Below, in pieces: positions 18,464 to 28,918 of a stretch of DNA of 64,000 nt. A program made the position numbers and the translations under genes. Under the pieces are notes generated by a model, which worked only from the letters and a program-made list of their open reading frames with translations, searched no databases and was not told the DNA's origin. The first letter of the stretch is position 1; the number at the start of each line of letters is the position of its first letter. The stretch covers positions 105,177 through 169,176 of the forward strand of contig CAZPXH010000006.1 in the NCBI GenBank assembly GCA_964591085.1. Reading direction: 5' to 3'. The DNA comes from an uncultured Spirochaetaceae bacterium (lineage in GTDB: Bacteria > Spirochaetota > Spirochaetia > DSM-27196 > CAZPXH01).

Positions 18464-20241
18464 CGGAGGGCCCCCAGACTGTCGGCCTGCGTCGCTGCTA
18501 TTTCGTTCCAGGTCGGGCTGATCCTGTCCAGTTCCTCCGGGCTGCCCATCGCTTCCACCTGCCCTTCAGCCAGCACCAGAACGCGGTCCATTCGGCGCAT
18601 GGTTGCTACACGGTGGCTGATCACCAGCGTGGTGCGGCCGCGCCGGCGCTCAAGGAGACGGTCCAGCACGCGTTGCTCGGTGACGGCATCCAGAGCGGAG
18701 GTCACATCGTCCAGAATCAGCACCGGCCGATCGGCCAGGACTGCGCGCGCAAGCGCAATCCGTTGTCGCTCACCACCGGAAAGGCCAAGACCCCGCTGTC
18801 CGATTATGGCGTCCAGCCCCTCCTCCCGGCCCGCAACAAAGCCACTTGCGTCTGCAATCTCCAGGGCCGCAAGCATCGATTCCTCTGTTGCATCAGGGCG
18901 CCCAAGCAGCAGGTTGTCCCTGATACTTCCGGCAACGAGCACGGCCTCCTGCAGCACAACACCGGCAGCATTCCGGAGCGCGTTCAGGTCCCAGTCGCGC
19001 ACTGGAACCCCGTCCAGGAGCACTGTGCCGGCCCGGGGATCAACGTAGCGCGGGATACAGTGAACCAGGCTGCTCTTGCCGGATGCGGTGGGGCCGATGA
19101 CGCCGATTGTTTCACCCGGTTCTACGGTCAGGCTGATGTCCCGGAGGACATCGCTACCCTTGGCAAAGCCGAAGGTCACGTTCCGGAATTCAAGGTGTCC
19201 AGGTGAACCTGCAGCGCCAACTGGGTGGTGGCTTCCACCGCGGATTGCAGGCTGGGTGTCCATGAGCTCCATCACCCGATCTGCGGATGCCACGGCCATG
19301 GCAATGAAGTTAAGCGTCATTCCCAGAGCCAGGATCGGCCACATGGCCAGCAGCGCGAAGTTGCCGAAGGCAAGGAGCCGGCCCAGGCTGAGCGGTGCCT
19401 CCACCCCCGCGATGCGGGCTTCAATGATGGAGAGTCCTCCCTGCCATGTCACAAACAGCACAATCAGCTGGCCGATGAGGGCAAGCAGTGGAAAGAGTGC
19501 GGAGCTGAACACCCCTATCCGGACTGACAGCGACAAAAAGTCACGATTGGCCGCGTCAAAGCGAGCTATTTCATGGTCCTGCCGGCTGAAGGCCCGAACC
19601 AGCCGATATCCGGCGAGGTTCTCCTGCAGGACGACGTTTACCCAGTCTAGCTTCTCACGAATCAGGCGATAAAATGGTCTGAGGCCCACGGCGATGACGA
19701 GAAATACCGCAAGGCTGATCGGGAGGCCAATCCCGAGGATTCTGGCCAGGGATGGGTCCAGCCGATAGACGGCGATCAGTGCCCCGGCGAGCGTTGCAAT
19801 GGATTGTAGCAGCATCAGCAGACCAACCCGGACAAAGAGCCGAATGGTGTTTACATCCGATCCGGCACGATTGAGCAGCTCCCCCACACGATAGGAGTCC
19901 AGCTCGGGGAAACTGAAATCCGCAATTCGCCGCATCAGCGCAACGTTGATCTGCTCTGCCATGTGATTTCCCGCCCGGATAGCGGCTGAACCACTCCCGA
20001 AGTACGCAAGAGCGCCCGCGGTGGCAACCAGCGCCATGATTCCCGCAAAGAGCGGCGCACGGCCGGAGCCGCCATCAGCGGTGAGGCTCTGGTCTACCGC
20101 CTGCTCCAGCAGCCCCGGCTGCACCAGGTTTGCGGCCGTGGCAACAAGCAGGAGCAGCAGACAAATGGTGATGAGGCGCCCACTACCCTTCAGGTACGCC
20201 AGTGAGCGAACAAGATTTCGCATGTCGTGCAAATGTACCAC
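18460..20241 (-). CDS. ABC exporter, fused permease/ATPase, heterodimer partner 2
   Basis: Walker A (GPTASGKSS), LSGGERQR, Walker B (LILDDVTSALD). Co-oriented with the paralog and overlapping it, which suggests a heterodimeric exporter. Confidence 0.85.
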   Translation of the reverse strand: MVHLHDMRNLVRSLAYLKGSGRLITICLLLLLVATAANLVQPGLLEQAVDQSLTADGGSGRAPLFAGIMALVATAGALAYFGSGSAAIRAGNHMAEQINVALMRRIADFSFPELDSYRVGELLNRAGSDVNTIRLFVRVGLLMLLQSIATLAGALIAVYRLDPSLARILGIGLPISLAVFLVIAVGLRPFYRLIREKLDWVNVVLQENLAGYRLVRAFSRQDHEIARFDAANRDFLSLSVRIGVFSSALFPLLALIGQLIVLFVTWQGGLSIIEARIAGVEAPLSLGRLLAFGNFALLAMWPILALGMTLNFIAMAVASADRVMELMDTQPAIRGGSHHPVGAAGSPGHLEFRNVTFGFAKGSDVLRDISLTVEPGETIGVIGPTASGKSSLVHCIPRYVDPRAGTVLLDGVPVRDWDLNALRNAAGVVLQEAVLVAGSIRDNLLLGRPDATEESMLAALEIADASGFVAGREEGLDAIIGQRGLGLSGGERQRIALARAVLADRPVLILDDVTSALDAVTEQRVLDRLLERRRGRTTLVISHRVATMRRMDRVLVLAEGQVEAMGSPEELDRISPTWNEIAATQADSLGALR

Positions 20242-20300
20242 CTGGGCTTCCTGCCGGGCGCGCGCGTTGACTATTCGCCACGAATTGCTACGCTTGGCTC

Positions 20301-21377
20301 ATGGATAAACTCAGAGTTGAACCGGGCATCGTTACCGGTGGCCGCCTTGCGGAAGTCTACGAGTACTGCAAGCAGGTTCCGTGCGCCCTGCCGGCAATGA
20401 ACGTGATCAGCTCCAGCACGCTGAATGCCGGAATGCAGGCGGCAAAGGAAGCGAATGCACCGATCATCCTGCAGTTCTCCAACGGAGGCGCCCATTTCAA
20501 TGCGGGCAAGTTCCTGGACAACAGCGGTGAAAAGGCCGCGGTTGCGGGCGCCATTGCCGGAGCGCACCACGTTGACATCCTCAGCCGGGAGTACGGAGTT
20601 CCGGTGATCCTCCACACGGACCACGCCGCACGCAAGCTTCTCCCGTGGATTGACGGGCTGATTGCATACGGAGAGCAGTACTACGAACGCAACGGTCGCC
20701 CGCTGTACAGCTCCCACATGCTGGACCTGTCGGAAGAGGACCTGGAAGAGAACATCCAGACCTGTGTTGCCTACCTCAAGCGTCTGAACGCCATAGACAT
20801 GCAACTTGAGTTTGAATTGGGTGTCACCGGTGGTGAAGAAGACGGCGTTGACAATTCGGATGTGGACAGCTCCCGGCTCTACACGCAACCGGAGGAAGTC
20901 CTGCACGCATACGACGCCCTGAAGGATCATGGGCGCTTCACCGTTGCCGCCGCATTCGGCAATACCCACGGTGTATACAAGCCGGGCAATGTGAAGCTGC
21001 GGCCGGTGATACTGAAGAACAGCCAGGACAAGGTGCAGGCAGACCGCGGCACCGGCAACCAGCCACTCAACTTTGTTTTCCACGGTGGAAGCGGCTCAAC
21101 CGCAGAAGAGATCAAGGAAGCAGTAGGCTACGGTGTAGTGAAGATGAACATTGACACCGACACCCAGTGGGCCTTCACCGAGCCCGTGCGCAAGTACATG
21201 GATGACAACCATGACTACCTCATGGCTCAGATCGGGAATCCGGAAGGTCCGGACCAGCCCAACAAGAAGAAGATTGATCCCCGAGCCTGGCTCTACGCCG
21301 GCGAAAAGGGTGTGGTCAGCCGCCTGATGGTTGCCTTTGACAACCTGGGCAGCAAGGACAAGTTCATACTGGGATAA
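20301..21377 (+). CDS. fba: Class II fructose-1,6-bisphosphate aldolase
   Basis: Full-length match to class II FbaA-type aldolases (ILQFSNGGA, HTDHA, FHGGSGS metal and phosphate-binding motifs). Confidence 0.95.
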   Translation: MDKLRVEPGIVTGGRLAEVYEYCKQVPCALPAMNVISSSTLNAGMQAAKEANAPIILQFSNGGAHFNAGKFLDNSGEKAAVAGAIAGAHHVDILSREYGVPVILHTDHAARKLLPWIDGLIAYGEQYYERNGRPLYSSHMLDLSEEDLEENIQTCVAYLKRLNAIDMQLEFELGVTGGEEDGVDNSDVDSSRLYTQPEEVLHAYDALKDHGRFTVAAAFGNTHGVYKPGNVKLRPVILKNSQDKVQADRGTGNQPLNFVFHGGSGSTAEEIKEAVGYGVVKMNIDTDTQWAFTEPVRKYMDDNHDYLMAQIGNPEGPDQPNKKKIDPRAWLYAGEKGVVSRLMVAFDNLGSKDKFILG

Positions 21378-21390
21378 GAAGAGTCAACGC

Positions 21391-21420
21391 GGTCACACGT
21401 GCACCGGCGCGTTTGTGACC
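21391..21420. terminator. Inverted repeat GGTCACA-N16-TGTGACC at the convergent fba/lacI junction (overlaps the last codons of the lacI-family gene)
   Basis: 7-bp perfect arms seen in the sequence. The large loop and lack of a U-tract keep confidence low. Confidence 0.2.
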
Positions 21421-22427
21421 GTGTCCCGCATCACAAGCCGGCAGCGGAAGCGGACCTGGGACTCCACGGAGTGACCGGCGATCATTGCAATCACCGCTTC
21501 CGCCGCCCGGTTTCCCTTTTCCTGCGCTGGCTGCCAGATAGTGGTAAGCGCGGGGGTCACCATCCGGGAAGCCGGAATATCGTCAAACCCGATTACCGAC
21601 ACGTCCCAGGGCACGCGAACGCCGGAGCGGCGCAGCCCGTCCATAAAGCCCAACGCAATGATATCGCTCATTGCAGCGGCAGCGGTTACGTTACTGTAGT
21701 CTGCCACGAGCTTGTCGGCAGCGCGAAAGCCACCGGCAAAGGAGTTGGGGCACTCCAGGAACACCACGTCCCGGTCCCAGGTCAGATCATTCTCCTGGAG
21801 CGCCCGGGACCAACCGCTCCGCCTGGAGGTGCCGGTTGCAGAGTAGCGCTCAGTTCCGGGTCCGGCGTCATCCACCATGGACAGCACCGCGATGGAGCGG
21901 TGGCCGTGGTCAATGAGGTGCCGCATGGCAAGGTAGGCGGCCTCCTCATCGTTGACGCCGATGACCGGGATTCCGGGCATGGCCGGGCCATCAATGATGA
22001 CAAGGGGAATGCGGCGGTTGCGGATCACGTGGCTGACCTCGGTATCCGGATCCAAACCCAGAGCAATGAGGCCGTCAACCGCGGCTGACCGTGCAGTCTC
22101 CAGCAGGCTGCCCTTCCGCGGCGCAAGCAGGGTCAGGGCAAGTCCTTCCCTGTTCAGCACCTCCCCGATTCCCGCAATCACCTCCACCAGATAGGGATTG
22201 CGGAGGGCGGCGGGAATTGGCTGGGGCAGCAGGAATCCAATGGTTCCGTTGTTCCGGGACTGCAGGCTCCGGGCAACCGGATCCGGAACGTAGCCGAGTT
22301 CGTCTGCTACGGAGAGGATCCGCTCCCGTGCCTCGGTTGAGATCTTGCCGGGATCGTTGAAGGCAAATGAGACGGCAGTCTTGGAATAGCCCGCGGCGCG
22401 GGCGATATCGTTGATGGTGACCCGCAT
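21393..22427 (-). CDS. LacI-family transcriptional regulator (probable maltodextrin operon repressor)
   Basis: N-terminal HTH (VTINDIARAAGYSKTAVSFAFN) and a periplasmic-binding-protein-like sugar-binding core. It is the last gene of the GH57-malEFG operon. Confidence 0.9.
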   Translation of the reverse strand: MRVTINDIARAAGYSKTAVSFAFNDPGKISTEARERILSVADELGYVPDPVARSLQSRNNGTIGFLLPQPIPAALRNPYLVEVIAGIGEVLNREGLALTLLAPRKGSLLETARSAAVDGLIALGLDPDTEVSHVIRNRRIPLVIIDGPAMPGIPVIGVNDEEAAYLAMRHLIDHGHRSIAVLSMVDDAGPGTERYSATGTSRRSGWSRALQENDLTWDRDVVFLECPNSFAGGFRAADKLVADYSNVTAAAAMSDIIALGFMDGLRRSGVRVPWDVSVIGFDDIPASRMVTPALTTIWQPAQEKGNRAAEAVIAMIAGHSVESQVRFRCRLVMRDTVTNAPVHV

Positions 22428-22451
22428 GCCTGCACGTCCCGGCTTGTCACC

Positions 22452-25400
22452 CTAGCGGAGGGTGATGCTGCGGGCCTCGTTGGCCGACAGGAGCGCTTCC
22501 TGGGACGCACCACCGTCATCGGGCACTACCAGGTCCATTATCCGGGTATCGTCCTCCGCACCGGTACCGCCGCCGATCCGCCACTGGGAATCGCCTTCCT
22601 GTACATCGCGTACGCGCAAGACCCCCGGTGAGGGGAAGCCTTCCTGGCTGAGCACCGCGGCCGTGTAACCGTAGCTGGCGAGATCCAGCTCCTCCAACGG
22701 GATTCCAAGGCTGTCCGCCATCACCTCGCGGGGTACCAGAATGGTCACCGTCCCGGCACTTCCATCAACAACAACCCGAACCGGAGATCCGGAGAGCTCG
22801 CTCGCACGGCCTTCTTCATTGGGTACAAAGAGCTTCTGGTTCCACCCTTCAATCCAGACGGCAAGGTCCCATCCGGCGCCCTCGGTGAGGCTCGCGTCTC
22901 GCCCATCGAGGAGCTCGCTTGCTCCGGTGCCAGCGCCGGGGTCTACATCGATGTAGATGTCCAGGGTCTGCACACTGAGGTTGATTCCACTCCCCCAGGG
23001 GTTCTGTATCTCCGAGCCAAGCTGGAACTCAAAGATTGCGTTGCGTTCGTTCCGGGCAATGGTGAGCTGCTCAATATCGTAGGAGCCCGGGAGGAACACC
23101 GAGTCCGTAGGATATCGGTAGCTTCCCGGCCCGTGATCGTCTCCGCTTGCATCAACGATGGTTCCAAGGACCTCGGTGTTGCCGAGATCCGGGATTACCA
23201 CGCGGGAAAGTCCTTCCTGCGGCAGGAAGGCCAGATCACGTCCGCGCGCAGTGACTACCACCTTGCTGTCCAGCGAGTCTCCCGGCTGGATTTCCGGGAG
23301 TGCTTCAAGAGGAACCCGGCCTTCCGCAATCCGGCGACCAAAGGCCCCGGGCACTTCGGACGGAGTGCCGCTCCACTCGCCAAAGCGGTTGGCGGTGTAC
23401 AGGAGGGCTTCACCGCCCTGGGGAATCACCAGCGCATAGCCTGCGCGGAACCCGAGAACCGTGCCGGAAAGCGTTCGCGGAACCGAGTTTTCCTGTCCCG
23501 GAATGGCAAAGTAGACCTCCACGGCCTCAACACCGGTGTCTGCCCAGTCACTTCTGCCATCCGCACGGAACACAAAGCCTTCCGTGTTGTAGCCGGTGTA
23601 GTAGCCGGACAGGATGCCCTGCAGCGCGGCCTGTACGCCTCCGCGGAACTCCGCGTAGCCGGCGTTGTCCCACTCTCCGGGAGCTACCGCGCCGTCAATC
23701 GTTGGGGTCACCGGTCCGGAGGCACCGCGTGTCGCGGGAGCCGGTCTGTCCGGAATGATCGGCACATCAATGAAGTCGGGGACCTCATCGCCAAGGGCAA
23801 CGTACACCTGCCGGAGCAGGGCGCGAAAACCCTCATCAAAGTACTCGTCAACGCCGCTGTCCTGGTCCGCTCCGTACCACCAGAACCAGTCGGAGCCTTC
23901 CGCGAGGTACATGGCCTCCAGTGCGTTGGCCAGCTGTTCCTCGGTGGCCTGTTCCCGACCGGTGATGTCGTACCGCGCCAGATGACGGCGGACGCGCTCC
24001 AGGTACTCCCAGGCGACGCGTTCTTCCGTTTCACCGATCCAGGTGGCAAAGTCCGGGCTGAACCAACTCCCCGGCCACAGATCTTCAATGCTGCGCTGCT
24101 CGGGGAAGCGCTCCAGGTACTCGCTTGGCGTGATGGTCCGGATGGTCTCGTGCTCCGCAAGGTCCTGGTAAAGGCCGTTCAGGAAGGCCAAGCCGTCATT
24201 GGGGTAATTCTCCCACGCGTTCTCACCGTCCAGGATCACGCTCACCAGGTGGGGACCTTCGGCGCCGCTCTCGTCCAGTGTGGCCTTGATGTCTTCAATT
24301 CGGCCGATAAAGTCGTTCACGGCCTCCTGGGGCGGGGTTCCGGAGTACTCAAAGCCGATAAGGTCGCTGATTCGCAGGTCCCGGAACACAATGGCCACCT
24401 GCTGACCATCCCGGCCGTTCACGTAATAGGGCCGGTACAGCAGGTCCGGCTGTTCAATCACGTCGTCCTCATTGCGGGTGAAGCCATCAATCCCCAGGCT
24501 CCGTGCGAGGGTCTGCTCGCCACTGGCCATCCAGGTAAAGCCTGCATCTGCAACAAATCGCACAATGTCCTGCGATACCGAACCTTCCGCGGGCCACATT
24601 CCCCGAACGGGGCGGCCGTAGTCTTCCTGGTATCGCTCCGCGGCCCGTTGAAGGTGCACCTGTACGTCGTTGGGATAGCTATAGCGGGGAGGCACCTCGC
24701 CGGACGGATCGTTCACTGCAATGATGTCCGAGTTGTAGATGAGGGGCAGAATTGGGTGTGCATAGGGAGTGGTTGTCACCTCAATCTGGCCGCTGTCCTG
24801 CAGCTCCCGGTGGATGGCGACAACTTCGCCCATGATCCGCAGGGCCTCATCAAACATCACCGACTTCTGGTCTTCCCGGTAGTCCCGGCCCTGGGCCACC
24901 AGGGACGCCAGGGGCTCTTCGGCCAGGAAGCTGGGATCAAACCATGCGAGGTTGAACCAGACCTGCAGATCACGGAAGTCCTGCTCCGTGTAGCGCTCCA
25001 TTGCCGCTGTTATGGCGGCGGAATCGGCAGACTCACCGCGGAGGGTCAGGAGTTCCCGGTAGCGGGGATACTTCCCCACGATGTTGGTCCAGTTGGCGTC
25101 AAAAAAGCGCGTGAGGATGAAGCGCTTTTCGTCATCCGTGAGCTCGGAGGCCGGAGTCTCTGCCAGAGTCCAGTAGATGTCCCTGGCTCCGTCGAGGTAG
25201 TCGTCAATCTGCTCCAGGAGGACCGGAGTCAGGTTGAAGGTGGCCCGAAGCTCCGGATACTGCGCCACGGTGGCCGCCATATCGTAGTAGGACTTCTGGC
25301 TGTGCATCCTTACCCAGGGGCGCGTGACGATTCCGGTGTCCGGATCGGGATAGTACTGCGGCTGGTGCTGGTGCCACATGAGATTCAGGTAGATCACGTC

Positions 25401-25493
25401 TTCCGCGGGACCGCAGGACGCCAGAGCCAGAACAACCAGGACTACAAGACCAATCAGGCCACGAACGGCGCGGTTTGCGCGCTGCTTCTGCAT
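22452..25493 (-). CDS. Glycoside hydrolase family 57 lipoprotein (alpha-glucan debranching / amylopullulanase-like), 1013 aa
   Basis: Lipobox LASC. The N-terminal catalytic region matches the GH57 signature (NLMWHQHQPQY ...). The long C-terminal extension is probably carbohydrate-binding. Confidence 0.8.
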   Translation of the reverse strand: MQKQRANRAVRGLIGLVVLVVLALASCGPAEDVIYLNLMWHQHQPQYYPDPDTGIVTRPWVRMHSQKSYYDMAATVAQYPELRATFNLTPVLLEQIDDYLDGARDIYWTLAETPASELTDDEKRFILTRFFDANWTNIVGKYPRYRELLTLRGESADSAAITAAMERYTEQDFRDLQVWFNLAWFDPSFLAEEPLASLVAQGRDYREDQKSVMFDEALRIMGEVVAIHRELQDSGQIEVTTTPYAHPILPLIYNSDIIAVNDPSGEVPPRYSYPNDVQVHLQRAAERYQEDYGRPVRGMWPAEGSVSQDIVRFVADAGFTWMASGEQTLARSLGIDGFTRNEDDVIEQPDLLYRPYYVNGRDGQQVAIVFRDLRISDLIGFEYSGTPPQEAVNDFIGRIEDIKATLDESGAEGPHLVSVILDGENAWENYPNDGLAFLNGLYQDLAEHETIRTITPSEYLERFPEQRSIEDLWPGSWFSPDFATWIGETEERVAWEYLERVRRHLARYDITGREQATEEQLANALEAMYLAEGSDWFWWYGADQDSGVDEYFDEGFRALLRQVYVALGDEVPDFIDVPIIPDRPAPATRGASGPVTPTIDGAVAPGEWDNAGYAEFRGGVQAALQGILSGYYTGYNTEGFVFRADGRSDWADTGVEAVEVYFAIPGQENSVPRTLSGTVLGFRAGYALVIPQGGEALLYTANRFGEWSGTPSEVPGAFGRRIAEGRVPLEALPEIQPGDSLDSKVVVTARGRDLAFLPQEGLSRVVIPDLGNTEVLGTIVDASGDDHGPGSYRYPTDSVFLPGSYDIEQLTIARNERNAIFEFQLGSEIQNPWGSGINLSVQTLDIYIDVDPGAGTGASELLDGRDASLTEGAGWDLAVWIEGWNQKLFVPNEEGRASELSGSPVRVVVDGSAGTVTILVPREVMADSLGIPLEELDLASYGYTAAVLSQEGFPSPGVLRVRDVQEGDSQWRIGGGTGAEDDTRIMDLVVPDDGGASQEALLSANEARSITLR

Positions 25494-25497
25494 CGAG

Positions 25498-26424
25498 TTA
25501 CCCCTTCACCCCGCCAAGCGTCAGCCCGCTGATGAGATAGCGGCTGGAGGCGAGGAACAGAATCATTACCGGTATGGAAATCATGATTGAAGCCGCGGCG
25601 AACTGACCCCACTGCGTCTGGAACTGAACCATCATTCCGTTCAGGCCAAGGGGCCAGGTAAACAGCTCCTGCCGCTGCAGGATGATCCGGGCGAGGACGT
25701 ACTCGTTCCAAGCCTGGGTGAAGTTGAACAGGAACGCAATGGCCAGAGCCGGAGAGGAAAGCGGCAGGATCACGCGATAGAAAGCGCCCAGGCGGCTTGC
25801 GCCATCAATCATGGCGGCCTGCTCCAGCTCAAAGGGAATGGTGTCGTAGTAGCCCTTGAGGATCCAGATGCTGAAGGGAACCGAACTCACGGAGTAGGCA
25901 ACCACCAGTCCGCGCCAGCTGTTCAGCAGACCCAGCCGTATTGCCAGGATGTAAATGGGAATTAGCAGCATTGCGCCGGGAATCATCTGCGTGGACAGCA
26001 GTGCCACCATTCCTGCGTTTTTCCCCGGGAAGTTCCAGCGGCTGAAGGCGTAGGCGCTGGTAGAGGCGATGATCACCCCGATTGCCGAGGTGGCAAAGGT
26101 GATGATCAGGCTGTTCCAGATCCACACAAAGAAGCCGGTGTTGGTGAAGACCTGCCCGTAGCTCTGCACGCTGGCATCCGGCGGAAGAATCGCCAGATCC
26201 GTACTGAAGAGGCGGTTTCCCGGGCGCAGACTGACACCCAGCACCCGGAGAACCGGGTAGATCGCGGCAAAAACCGCGATAATGAGAATTACGTGGATCA
26301 GGAGCCGCTTTGCGGGGCTGTCTCCCCGACGGCTCACAAAGAAGCGGAGGAGGAGGCCGGGTCCGCTGGACCCTGGCTTGCTCTGCGTGCTCAGTGCGGG
26401 TTGGTCCATGTTTGTGGTGCTCAT
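25498..26424 (-). CDS. Carbohydrate ABC transporter permease (MalG-like)
   Basis: 6 TM helices and the EAA loop (EQAAMIDGAS). Lies between the MalF-like and GH57 genes. Confidence 0.85.
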   Translation of the reverse strand: MSTTNMDQPALSTQSKPGSSGPGLLLRFFVSRRGDSPAKRLLIHVILIIAVFAAIYPVLRVLGVSLRPGNRLFSTDLAILPPDASVQSYGQVFTNTGFFVWIWNSLIITFATSAIGVIIASTSAYAFSRWNFPGKNAGMVALLSTQMIPGAMLLIPIYILAIRLGLLNSWRGLVVAYSVSSVPFSIWILKGYYDTIPFELEQAAMIDGASRLGAFYRVILPLSSPALAIAFLFNFTQAWNEYVLARIILQRQELFTWPLGLNGMMVQFQTQWGQFAAASIMISIPVMILFLASSRYLISGLTLGGVKG

Positions 26425-26426
26425 GC

Positions 26427-27500
26427 TTACTCTCCCACGGCCTTCGGCACGTTGCCGATGATTGACCTGGACGGGCTGAACCTGGTGATCCGCATGTAAC
26501 TCACGGTGAAGAAGAGCAGGATCACAAAGATTGCGATGGCGAACATGCTGGCAAAGCCGTAGCGGTTGTACTCAAAGGCCGCGCGGAACAGGGCGGTGAC
26601 CAGAATGTCGCTGGTTTCCAGCCTGCTGGGGTTGAGCAGGAATGGAACGTTGAACTGGTTGAAGGTCCAGATCACACCCAGAATGACCGCCGGGGTCATG
26701 ACCGGTTGGATCAGGGGCAGGGTGACGTTACGGAACTGCATCCACTTGGAAGCACCGTCAATTTCGGCCGCTTCATAGTAGGTGCCATCAATACTCTGGA
26801 GCCCTCCGAGGAGCACCACGGCCATGAACGGAATCCCCAGCCAGATATTCACGATGTTGAACGCCACGAAGTTGGCAACCGGTTGGCTGAACCACTGCAC
26901 GGCATCAAAGCCCAGGCGCTGAAGGAGAACGTTGACAAAGCCAAACTCAAAGTTGAACTCACCGCGCCAGGCAAGGACGGCGATGACCTGGGGCACGGCC
27001 CATGGAACAAGCAGAAGCGTTCGGTAGATCCCGCGCATCTTCATTGGCCGGTTCAGCAAGATTGCCAGGAAGAGGCCGAAGCTCACGTGGAAGCTCACCT
27101 GAATGAAGGTCCAGAGGAAGGTTCTCAGGAGAACGGGGAAGAAGGTCTGCCGCTGGAGCACGGGCTGTGTGAACAGGGTCACCAGGTTGTTCCACGCATT
27201 GCCCAGGCTCCAGGTCATTCCTCGGTCAAAGCCAAAGCGCCGGAGACCCATGTCCGTGAACGCGAGGAACAGGTTGTAGAGAATTGGATAGAAAACCAGG
27301 AGAGCAAGCCCGATGAACGCGGGCGCAATAAGCATGTAGGGCAGGGAGTTCGGGAGCCGGACTCCACGCTGTTTCAGCGCGCGTGCGGCAACGAAGAATC
27401 CGCCCTCCAGAACGACCACCAGCAAGACAACTGCCAGCACCGTTCCGCCCACCTGGCCAAGACTGCTTCCAACCAGCTCAAGTGTGAAGCCTTCCATCAA
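26427..27500 (-). CDS. Carbohydrate ABC transporter permease (MalF-like)
   Basis: Polytopic protein with the EAA loop (EAAEIDGASKWMQFRNVTLP). Confidence 0.85.
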   Translation of the reverse strand: MMEGFTLELVGSSLGQVGGTVLAVVLLVVVLEGGFFVAARALKQRGVRLPNSLPYMLIAPAFIGLALLVFYPILYNLFLAFTDMGLRRFGFDRGMTWSLGNAWNNLVTLFTQPVLQRQTFFPVLLRTFLWTFIQVSFHVSFGLFLAILLNRPMKMRGIYRTLLLVPWAVPQVIAVLAWRGEFNFEFGFVNVLLQRLGFDAVQWFSQPVANFVAFNIVNIWLGIPFMAVVLLGGLQSIDGTYYEAAEIDGASKWMQFRNVTLPLIQPVMTPAVILGVIWTFNQFNVPFLLNPSRLETSDILVTALFRAAFEYNRYGFASMFAIAIFVILLFFTVSYMRITRFSPSRSIIGNVPKAVGE

Positions 27501-27593
27501 GGCCCCCTTTCCCGGGATCTCCGACCGCGTCTGACAGCCGTTCCGAGTTCGGGGCAGCTCGTGTCCCGGACTCGGAGCGGCAGCCTGGAAAAC

Positions 27594-27615
27594 GGGAGGG
27601 CCCGGAGGCCCTCCC
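27594..27615 (-). terminator. Intercistronic stem-loop GGGAGGGCC-cgga-GGCCCTCCC followed on the mRNA strand by GUUUUCC. Candidate attenuator or partial terminator between the malE-like and malF-like genes.
   Basis: Perfect 9-bp GC-rich stem read directly. Its position about 35 nt downstream of the binding-protein stop is typical for differential expression of binding protein versus permeases. Confidence 0.45.
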
Positions 27616-27648
27616 GAAGTGTCACTCTGAGTGACTGACTACTTCAGC

Positions 27649-28878
27649 CTACTGCAGCGCCCGGATACCGGCCTCAGCAGCTTCCTGCATGTTGGAGGCG
27701 GCTTCTGTGGGAGCCACGGTACCGGCAAGGACGGCGTTCAGCTCGGGGCGCATTGCGTCCCAGTTTGCGCGCATCTCAAGCTGGCTCGGCTGCGGAACGC
27801 CGTTGACGGCGGCGGCAGCAACCGCCTGCAGGATGGGGTCCTCGGCAACGGCTGCATCGCTCTGAGCGGCAATGAGGCCGGGGATGCGGGACAGCTCGGT
27901 TGCCAGGCGAACCTGGTTCTCATAGCTGGTGGCGAACTCAATGAACGCCGCTGAGGCATTCACCTGAGCCTGCTCAACACCGTTGGCAATCATGAACATC
28001 TTGGGTGCGGTGTAGGGAGCGGCGGCAAGGCCCGTCTCGGAAACAACCGGGAGCGGGGCGATACCAAGGCGCTCGGCACCAAGGTTCTCATTGGCAACGT
28101 AGTCACCAATGGACCAGTCACCGTTGATGATCATTGCGGCGCGGCCTTCCTTGAACAGGGTGTCCATTGTGCCGTAGTCGCTTTCTTCCGGAACAATTCC
28201 GTACTCAAACTTCAGGTCAGCAAGGAACTGAAGAGCACCAACCATGGCATCGTCATCCAGGTTGGGGGTGACGCCGTCGGACTCAAAGACTGCTCCACCA
28301 AAGCCACCAATCCAGGGTGCCAGCCAGAAGGGCTCGCCCTGGTTGTAGACCAGACCAAAGACCTCATCGGTGGTGAGTTCCTGGGCAAGAGCAACCAGCT
28401 CATCCGTGGTTTCCGGTGCTTCGCTCACGAAGTCCCGGTTGTACAGCAGCATGAGGTGGTTGCCACTGGTGATGGGCACACCCCAGGTGCTTCCGTCCTG
28501 AACCACAGAGGGAACGAACGCGTCGTCGTCAAACAGGCCATCAACCGGCTGGATGATCCCGGCAGCAGTGAACGGACCAGCATGGTCGTTGACGGTCCAC
28601 AGCAGTGTCGGGGCCTCACCAGCGAGGCTGGCGGTCTGGAAATCTTCACGGAGCGCCTCCGTAGACTTCTGGACAACCTCGATCGTGATGTTGGGGTTCG
28701 CGGCCATGAAATCAGCGGCAAGCTGCTCCACAAATGCGAAGCCACCGTCTGATTCACCTTCCTGGGTCCACAGCTGGAACGTAACCGGACCAGCGTCGGC
28801 AGTGTCGCTACCACCGTCGCCACAGGCAACAAGCAGTACTGCGGCAAGGACGCCGAGTACAAGCAGAAGCTTCTTCAC
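27649..28878 (-). CDS. Maltose/maltodextrin ABC transporter substrate-binding lipoprotein (MalE-like)
   Basis: Lipobox LVAC then a GDGG linker. Type I SBP fold signature regions. Operon position ahead of the permeases. Confidence 0.8.
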   Translation of the reverse strand: MKKLLLVLGVLAAVLLVACGDGGSDTADAGPVTFQLWTQEGESDGGFAFVEQLAADFMAANPNITIEVVQKSTEALREDFQTASLAGEAPTLLWTVNDHAGPFTAAGIIQPVDGLFDDDAFVPSVVQDGSTWGVPITSGNHLMLLYNRDFVSEAPETTDELVALAQELTTDEVFGLVYNQGEPFWLAPWIGGFGGAVFESDGVTPNLDDDAMVGALQFLADLKFEYGIVPEESDYGTMDTLFKEGRAAMIINGDWSIGDYVANENLGAERLGIAPLPVVSETGLAAAPYTAPKMFMIANGVEQAQVNASAAFIEFATSYENQVRLATELSRIPGLIAAQSDAAVAEDPILQAVAAAAVNGVPQPSQLEMRANWDAMRPELNAVLAGTVAPTEAASNMQEAAEAGIRALQ

Positions 28879-28918
28879 CTTCCGCCTCCTTTTGGGGATT
28901 CCTGCCTCTATCGCAGGG

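Noticed and set aside
23133-25532. 799-aa plus-strand ORF antisense to the GH57 gene
   Set aside because: Long only because of high GC. The translation is Gly/Arg/Val-rich without domain structure, whereas the minus strand carries a lipobox and the GH57 signature.
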